From assembly GCA_017625465.1 (NCBI GenBank), contig JAGAKS010000019.1:651-64650 (forward strand): a stretch of DNA of 64,000 nucleotides. Direction: 5' to 3'. The stretch is from Clostridia bacterium. Lineage in GTDB: Bacteria > Bacillota > Clostridia > TANB77 > CAG-508. The number at the start of each line of letters is the position of its first letter. Within the stretch, counting starts at the first letter, position 1. Below the pieces are notes generated by a model, which did not search any database, was not told where the DNA came from, and saw only the letters and a program-made list of their open reading frames with translations. Positions 58,340 to 64,000 of the stretch are shown piece by piece. The position numbers and the translations under genes are program-made.

Positions 58340-59893
58340 TTATTTTATCTTTTTGCTTTTCATTTCATGAATTTTTCCTGATACATCACGAAGTGGCTTA
58401 GTAATTCTCCAAGAAAGCGAATTTGAAATTGAAATTATTTGATTTTCTTTTTCACTAATAACTCCTAAAAGTTCTTCTACATGTGCTTTTCTGCCTTCAA
58501 TATCAACCTTTAACTTGTCTATTTCAACATCTCTATCAATTATTTTTCTAGTATAATCTGCTATCATTGCTTCTCTAGTAACTACCTTTTTATCAAAAAC
58601 ATCATAAAGCATTTTTTCATCTATTACTTTTTTTCTAAAGTTTTCTTCTAACTTTTCAAATAAATCTATATATTCAAAAATTTTTAAATCTTTAAATATT
58701 CTATCCTCTCCATATTTATTAGCTATTCCAGCAGTATTTCTTATAGCTCTGTAAATTATATATTCTGCTGGGTAATAGTTTTCGCACCATTCTTGATCGA
58801 AGAACAAATACTCATCTTCTACTTTAAAACAATTTTTGGGAAGCATATCTGTAAAAGCATATTTTAAAAACTTCATTTCACTTAATTTATTTTCATCATA
58901 AGCTTTTATCTCTTCTAGTAAATTATCTTTTACTTCACTATATTCTAGTGTATTTTGATAAACTATTTCTTTATATTTATTAAATTCTTGTATAAATAAA
59001 TCATAACTATTAAGGCTTTGCAAATATAAATCTAATCTTGGAGTTTCTTTTATAAATTTGCTTTTTAAAACTTGCTCTTCTAAAACTTCTAAAACTCTTG
59101 AATTTTTAGTTGTAAAATTTGCTAAATTATCTGCAATATTATTTATATGTTTTTGAGCTTCACTATTTGATGCTTTTTTTATAGCATAATCATTTGTTAA
59201 AATTGTTTCTACTCTATATTCTTTTTTTCTATAATTTGTAAAAGAAACATATTTTATATCTGTTTCTATTGACTCTTTTGAAACTTCGATTAAAAATGAA
59301 TTTGCAAAAAATTTAGCTTGGTTAGGATCTTCTTTTACTATTTCTGTTAAAGCTAAATTTTCATTAAAATTAACCAATTCGCCCTCTTCATAAGCTTCAA
59401 AATTTCTTGAAATATCTTCTTCTGTAAGAGTATATTCATCAGTTATAATTAAATTTGGCAAATTATAATCTGGAAACAAATAGTAAAATTTGTAATTTGA
59501 AATACCTTCGTTATCTAGCATTTCTTTAAGGTCGTGTTTAGCTAACATTCCCGCTTCATTAGAATTATATTTTCTAGTAATTTCTCTATAATCTAATGAA
59601 CCAGTTAAATCTCTTTTTCCATTCCAGTTTTTTATTCCAAATTTATTATTTTCTGCAATTAGAAGTTTTCCATCAGGTTTAAGAAAAGAAATTGCTTTAG
59701 CTAGATTTTCTTCTTTATTAGCCTTTTCTAAAACTCCTACTAAAATTACATAATCATATTTTTTATTTTCTTCTGGTTTTGTATCTACCTTTTGTACGTG
59801 AATATATTTTGCAATATTACCACCAAAATCTAAAATATCAGATTTTTCTTTGAAGTTATACCAATTAAATAAATTTTCTTTTAATTCTTCCAT
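58340..59893 (-). CDS. Class I SAM-methyltransferase-like N-terminal domain fused to a large alpha-helical/coiled-coil C-terminal domain. It is a candidate polysaccharide chain-terminating enzyme.
   Basis: N-terminal DILDFGGN...DYVILVGVLE...LKPDGKLLI (methyltransferase motifs I-III). The C-terminus is a ~380-aa charged helical region ending in a heptad-like segment (DVEIDKLKVDIEGRKAHVEELLGVISEKENQII). Confidence 0.4.
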   Translation of the reverse strand: MEELKENLFNWYNFKEKSDILDFGGNIAKYIHVQKVDTKPEENKKYDYVILVGVLEKANKEENLAKAISFLKPDGKLLIAENNKFGIKNWNGKRDLTGSLDYREITRKYNSNEAGMLAKHDLKEMLDNEGISNYKFYYLFPDYNLPNLIITDEYTLTEEDISRNFEAYEEGELVNFNENLALTEIVKEDPNQAKFFANSFLIEVSKESIETDIKYVSFTNYRKKEYRVETILTNDYAIKKASNSEAQKHINNIADNLANFTTKNSRVLEVLEEQVLKSKFIKETPRLDLYLQSLNSYDLFIQEFNKYKEIVYQNTLEYSEVKDNLLEEIKAYDENKLSEMKFLKYAFTDMLPKNCFKVEDEYLFFDQEWCENYYPAEYIIYRAIRNTAGIANKYGEDRIFKDLKIFEYIDLFEKLEENFRKKVIDEKMLYDVFDKKVVTREAMIADYTRKIIDRDVEIDKLKVDIEGRKAHVEELLGVISEKENQIISISNSLSWRITKPLRDVSGKIHEMKSKKIK

Positions 59894-59911
59894 AGAATTT
59901 CTCTCTTTCTA

Positions 59912-60721
59912 TTAAAGTACATCAGCAAAATCTTTTTTACTCTTTTTGAAAATTATATTTCCCCAAGTATAAATAAAAATCGTAATTACCCAAAATATTA
60001 CTGTATATAAACCATTGTGTTCTGTAATAATTGTAGAACTTGAAATAAAAGCTTGTCTAAAACCTTCAACTAAATATGTGAAAGGAAAAGCTTTAAATAT
60101 GATGCAAAGTTTGCCTTGAATCATACTTAGATTCCAAACTATCGGCGTAAACCACATACATAGTTGAATAATGATATTTAAAAGTTGTGCAAAGTCTGGA
60201 ACTAAAGTTGTAAGGGCTGATGTAAGTCTTGTAAGAGCAACTATAAAACATATCGCACAAAAAACTATATATATAATATTAAGCACATTTGGAAAATAAC
60301 CAAACACAATCGCTGCCATAGTAGCAATGTAAATTAAAAACATCCCTATAAAGCTTGAAGATGTAAGTGATATAATTGGAATTATATCAACTGGAAATAC
60401 TACTTTTTTTACTAAATAACTATAATTTCTAATTGAGTTGCTAGCATTTAAAATAGCATCACTACAAAACATCCACATACCCATTCCTGGTAAAAACCAC
60501 ACTACATAAGGATATTTTCCAGCACTACCTGTTTTTAAGATATATTGAAATATAATAACATAAGTCATCATAAAAACAAATGGCTGTGCAAAACCCCATA
60601 TTGCACCTAAACTTGTATTTGCAAATCTATTTCTAAAATCATTTTTTCCAAGCTGCAACGCTAATTTTCTATTTTTAAATAAGACTTTTAAAAAATCCAT
60701 TTTTGTCTCCTTTTTAGGCAA
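59912..60721 (-). CDS. ABC-2 type polysaccharide/teichoic-acid export permease (Wzm/TagG type).
   Basis: 269 aa, 6 TM. It sits in an operon with the Wzt-like ATPase. Confidence 0.7.
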   Translation of the reverse strand: MPKKETKMDFLKVLFKNRKLALQLGKNDFRNRFANTSLGAIWGFAQPFVFMMTYVIIFQYILKTGSAGKYPYVVWFLPGMGMWMFCSDAILNASNSIRNYSYLVKKVVFPVDIIPIISLTSSSFIGMFLIYIATMAAIVFGYFPNVLNIIYIVFCAICFIVALTRLTSALTTLVPDFAQLLNIIIQLCMWFTPIVWNLSMIQGKLCIIFKAFPFTYLVEGFRQAFISSSTIITEHNGLYTVIFWVITIFIYTWGNIIFKKSKKDFADVL

Positions 60722-60800
60722 TTTTACTTCGATATTATATCATTATATACTTATTATTTCAACCATTTATTGTGCCTTAATTGTGAAAGTTTTGTGCACA

Positions 60801-60827
60801 AAAAAGTGGCTTAATTCTAAGCCACTT
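60801..60827 (-). terminator. Rho-independent terminator after dapB.
   Basis: A 9-bp stem agtggctta/taagccact with loop attc, followed on the transcript by TTTTTTGT. Confidence 0.6.
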
Positions 60828-60832
60828 CATAT

Positions 60833-61576
60833 CTACATCATATCATTCATATTGTAAAAACCATTATCTTTATGCAAAATAAATTTTGCTGCTTTTATAG
60901 CTCCTTTTGCAAATACACTTCTTGAAGTGCAATTATGAGATATTTCAAAACTTTCGTTATCTCCATAAAACATAATGCTGTGTTTTCCAACTTCTGTTCC
61001 ACCACGAATTGAATGGATTCCAATTTCTTTTTTGTCACGTGGTGCTCTTTTAGAATGACGTTCATAAACAAATTCTTTTTCATTATCTAAAGCTTTATTT
61101 AAATCGTTTGCTAGTAAAAGCGCTGTTCCACTTGGACTATCAATTTTTCTTCTATGATGTACTTCTACAATTTCTATGTCTGAATCTCTTAGTTTAGTTG
61201 CTATTTCACAAGCTATTTTTGACATTAAATTTATTTCATAAGACATGTTAGCAGATCTGAAAACTGGAAAACTTTCTGAATATTTTTTCATTTTTTCTAG
61301 TTCTTTATCTGTAAAACCTGTAGTTGCTACAACTGTTGGAATAGAATGTTTTTTAGCAAATTCTAATATATTAAAAGTTGCTTGTGGTACAGAAAAATCT
61401 ATAATTACATCTGGTATTAAATTTATATCATTAATATTTGTGAAAACTGGAAAACCATTATCACCTGTATCTATTCTGTCATATCCGCAAAGCACTTCTG
61501 CATCTTCATCTAATTTTATTTCTTTCGCTACCTCTTGTCCCATTTTGCCATTACAACCATTTATTAAAACTTTCAT
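60833..61576 (-). CDS. dapB: 4-hydroxy-tetrahydrodipicolinate reductase.
   Basis: MKVLINGCNGKMGQEV NAD(P)-binding N-terminus and the DapB C-terminal domain (EVHHRRKIDSPSGTA). Confidence 0.85.
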   Translation of the reverse strand: MKVLINGCNGKMGQEVAKEIKLDEDAEVLCGYDRIDTGDNGFPVFTNINDINLIPDVIIDFSVPQATFNILEFAKKHSIPTVVATTGFTDKELEKMKKYSESFPVFRSANMSYEINLMSKIACEIATKLRDSDIEIVEVHHRRKIDSPSGTALLLANDLNKALDNEKEFVYERHSKRAPRDKKEIGIHSIRGGTEVGKHSIMFYGDNESFEISHNCTSRSVFAKGAIKAAKFILHKDNGFYNMNDMM

Positions 61577-61585
61577 AAAAACCTC

Positions 61586-62104
61586 CTATTTGTTTTCTTT
61601 TTCTTTAAAATCTCTTCCAGTTCGTAAATATTTAAAAAATTCTATTGTTGCGCAATATTTATCTACACATGTTACTATAAAACTTTCCTTATATTTAGGC
61701 GGCACAATAGTTACTGGCCACATGTGCTTTTTTATAATATCTTTTTCTAAATCATTAAGCTCAAATATATCATCTGCATTTTTAAGTGCAATGCCTGGAT
61801 GGCGCATTAAATGGAATTTCTTTTGACCTTCTACACCTTTGTTTCGCCAATCATAGAAGTAGAAATCATGTAACATTGCTCCTCTAGCTGCTGAAACATA
61901 ATCTAATCCTAATTTCTTACATATTTGATAAGTATAATACGCTACTTCTTCACAATGTTCAAACCTCGATGTACTTATATGTTGCATGTGATCTTTTAAA
62001 GCCGATACATTTGAATTAGTTGCAATATCTTTTATAATTTCTTGAAATTCTACCCAACTATCATCTACTGTAATTAAGGCTTTTTGCTTATCATAAGAAT
62101 CCAT
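61586..62104 (-). CDS. HD-domain phosphohydrolase family protein.
   Basis: H...HD (MLHDFYFYDW) plus downstream H/D residues. 172 aa. It sits between dapA and dapB. Confidence 0.5.
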   Translation of the reverse strand: MDSYDKQKALITVDDSWVEFQEIIKDIATNSNVSALKDHMQHISTSRFEHCEEVAYYTYQICKKLGLDYVSAARGAMLHDFYFYDWRNKGVEGQKKFHLMRHPGIALKNADDIFELNDLEKDIIKKHMWPVTIVPPKYKESFIVTCVDKYCATIEFFKYLRTGRDFKEKENK

Positions 62105-62126
62105 TTAAAATCCTTTCTTTAGTATT

Positions 62127-63011
62127 TTATAATAATTCTAGAGCTTTTAACTCTTTTTCTAATCTCTCTTTTCCTTTTTCACTCATTTCTACAAGTGGAA
62201 GTCTTGGTTTTCCAGCGTTGTATCCTAACATATTCATAGCAGCTTTTACTGGAATTGGATTTACTTCACAAAATAGTGCTTTTACAAGTGGTAACACTGA
62301 AAGTTGTTCATCTTTTGCAAGTTCTACGTTTCCATTCAAAAAGCTATCTACAATATCATGTGTATGTTCTGGTAAAATATTTGATAATACTGATATTACA
62401 CCTATTCCTCCAACAGCTAAAATTGGAGTAATTTGGTCATCATTACCTGAATATATATTTAATTCATCACCGCATAAATTAGCTATTTCTGCAATTTGTG
62501 ATAAATTTCCTGAAGCTTCTTTTATAGCCACTATATTTTCAATTTTTGAAAGTTCTTTACAAGTTTCTGGAGTAATGTTAACTCCTGTTCTACCTGGCAC
62601 ACTATATAAAATAATTGGTAACTTTGTTGACGCTGCCACTACCTTATAGTGCTCTATTAAACCTGCTTGAGTTGTTTTATTGTAATAAGGAGTAACAACT
62701 AAAGCTCCGTCTACACCAACACTCTCAGCATATTGTGTCATTTCAATAACATTTTTTGTACAATTTCCACCAGTTCCAGCAATTATAGGAATTCTTTTAT
62801 TAGCTTTTTCTACTGCAAATTTTATAGTTTCTTTTCTTTCTTCTAAAGTCATTGTTGAAGCTTCGCCAGTAGTTCCACAAACTATAATACTATCTGCTCC
62901 GTTTTCAATTTGGAATTCTATCATTTTTCCAAATTCTTCAAAATTAACTCCATCTTCTGTAAATGGTGTTATAATAGCTGTTCCACAGCCTTTAAAAATA
63001 ATTTTTTTCAT
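62127..63011 (-). CDS. dapA: 4-hydroxy-tetrahydrodipicolinate synthase.
   Basis: GTAIITPF...VCGTTGE...TGGN and a catalytic Lys region (IVAIKEASG). 294 aa. Confidence 0.9.
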   Translation of the reverse strand: MKKIIFKGCGTAIITPFTEDGVNFEEFGKMIEFQIENGADSIIVCGTTGEASTMTLEERKETIKFAVEKANKRIPIIAGTGGNCTKNVIEMTQYAESVGVDGALVVTPYYNKTTQAGLIEHYKVVAASTKLPIILYSVPGRTGVNITPETCKELSKIENIVAIKEASGNLSQIAEIANLCGDELNIYSGNDDQITPILAVGGIGVISVLSNILPEHTHDIVDSFLNGNVELAKDEQLSVLPLVKALFCEVNPIPVKAAMNMLGYNAGKPRLPLVEMSEKGKERLEKELKALELL

Positions 63012-63078
63012 AATAATTTTCCCCTTTTTTGGGTTATGAAAATAAAAATATAATTATATTCTTATTTTATACATTTAC

Positions 63079-63107
63079 ATTATATGTTAATTGTTCAAAA
63101 AAATCAA
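63079..63107 (-). promoter_or_regulatory. Candidate sigma-A promoter (TTGATT-N17-TATAAT) for the dapA-HD-dapB operon.
   Basis: The minus strand reads TTGATTtttttgaacaattaacaTATAAT, about 60 nt upstream of the dapA ATG. Confidence 0.3.
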
Positions 63108-63109
63108 TA

Positions 63110-64000
63110 TTATTCTACACTCTTTAAGCTTTCTATCATATCAACTTTTTTCAAAACAAAATATGTCATAAAGTTTACAATTACAGTAAATACAATAGTC
63201 ATTAAAGCTGAAATTATATAACTTGTTGGCTTACTTACTATTCTGAATATTAGTGGTTCTGTTTCGCAAGTTTTTAGAATAAATACACTTAAATAATAAC
63301 CTGCGATTAATCCTAGAATAATGCCTATAACTGTCAGTAAGACGATTTCTTTTGTAACATAGTCATAGACTTCTTTATCATAAAAGCCTAATACCTTTAA
63401 AGTTGCAAGCTCACGTTTTCTCTCGCTTATATTTACATTTGCTAAATTATATAGAACGACAAATGCAAGAAGTCCAGCTGAAACTATAAGCACATATACA
63501 ACCTTATTTAATGATTGTAAAGTTTTTCCCATTTGGCTCTTTACATATTCCGTAGAAGTTAATGATGCTACTTTTGAGTTTTGTAAAATTTCATTATCTA
63601 ATTTATTTGCTTCTGCTTCATCTAAATTCGCTGTTTGTACATACATAACATTACTTAAATATTTTTCATCATATAGCTTTTCATACATAGATTTTGTCAT
63701 ATATACATAATGATATACGTAATTTTCAACTATTTGACCAACTTTTACTTCAAGCTTGTTTCCATCATTATCTATTAAGTTTACTTTATCACCTGCTTTT
63801 ATATCTAAAAGCTCAGCTGCTTTTTCTGTAAGCAGAATTTCATCATCTTTTATTTGTTCTGTATCACCCGTTTTTAGATTATTAATTTTTATAAATTCTG
63901 CCAATTCTTCTTGATTTTTCGGTACAATAATTTGAATATCTAATTTTTTATCGCCTTTTGCCTGCAATTCGTTTGCAACAATTTTTGTTTCAGTACAATT
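63110..64000 (-). CDS. FtsX/MacB-family ABC transporter permease, C-terminal part. The gene continues beyond the window end.
   Basis: A large extracytoplasmic domain is followed by 3 TM helices (..VLIVSAGLLAFVVLYNLANVNISERKRELATLKVLG.. FtsX motif). The frame stays open upstream of the first listed M through position 64000. Confidence 0.6.
   Translation of the reverse strand, partial: NCTETKIVANELQAKGDKKLDIQIIVPKNQEELAEFIKINNLKTGDTEQIKDDEILLTEKAAELLDIKAGDKVNLIDNDGNKLEVKVGQIVENYVYHYVYMTKSMYEKLYDEKYLSNVMYVQTANLDEAEANKLDNEILQNSKVASLTSTEYVKSQMGKTLQSLNKVVYVLIVSAGLLAFVVLYNLANVNISERKRELATLKVLGFYDKEVYDYVTKEIVLLTVIGIILGLIAGYYLSVFILKTCETEPLIFRIVSKPTSYIISALMTIVFTVIVNFMTYFVLKKVDMIESLKSVE

Noticed and set aside
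60895-61083. 62-aa minus-strand ORF inside dapB.
   Set aside because: It is an alternative frame inside a well-conserved dapB coding sequence and has no independent support.
317-63000. About 45 plus-strand ORFs of 60-190 aa in the six-frame track (e.g. 1574-1780, 12068-12457, 61245-61826).
   Set aside because: All are embedded antisense to well-supported minus-strand genes. They have low-complexity I/L/F/S-rich translations typical of AT-rich antisense frames and lack RBS or homology signals.
63012-63109. Possible lysine riboswitch (L-box) upstream of dapA.
   Set aside because: Only 98 bp lie between the FtsX gene stop and the dapA start, too short for the ~180-nt L-box. No conserved L-box helices are recognisable. 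Only a plausible sigma-A promoter is present.
1-64000. CRISPR arrays, tRNA/rRNA genes, IS elements.
   Set aside because: No regularly spaced direct repeats and no cloverleaf-compatible or rRNA-like GC-rich segments were seen. No transposase-like ORFs were seen.

Overview
This window is a 64 kb chromosomal segment from a very AT-rich (GC roughly 25-30%) spore-forming Firmicute, most likely class Clostridia. It carries spoIIP, a dpaB-like gene, ruvC and a PASTA-kinase/PP2C/rlmN/rpe block. All ~55 genes are on the minus strand and are tightly packed, with many stop/start overlaps. There are no rRNA, tRNA, CRISPR or clear mobile-element features. The left part holds a histidine-phosphatase fragment, a HAD-nucleotidase::MFS fusion with a second MFS transporter, a zinc-ribbon membrane protein, cysK, a Xer-type recombinase and a frameshifted Y-family polymerase (dinB). 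These are followed by an acyl-ACP thioesterase, dpaB, a GT2 gene and spoIIP, then purF-purN-purD, an ATP-grasp gene, an ABC exporter pair, a BPL-family ligase, ruvC, a glycogen-debranching-family gene, a membrane-anchored YvcK-like protein and murB. Next come a pilin-like ORF, a processive GT2 synthase with a polytopic membrane partner, pnp-rpsO, galE, nth, rpe, prkC, a PP2C phosphatase and rlmN. The right third (about 39.7-60.7 kb) is a large cell-wall glycopolymer locus. It contains seven GT2 enzymes, two of them tandem two-domain polymerase-like paralogs with one copy frameshifted. It also contains a GtrA/GtrB/GT-C three-component glycosylation set with duplicated GT-C membrane proteins, a Wzx-like flippase, an MBL hydrolase and a Wzm/Wzt ABC exporter. 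The Wzt has a C-terminal carbohydrate-binding-type domain and sits next to a methyltransferase with a coiled-coil domain, which is a candidate chain terminator. The window ends with dapB, an HD-domain gene, dapA and a partial FtsX-type permease. The most interesting signals are the glycopolymer locus architecture, two frameshifts that share the same local sequence signature, the nucleotidase-MFS fusion, and several unusual membrane-anchored variants of normally soluble proteins.
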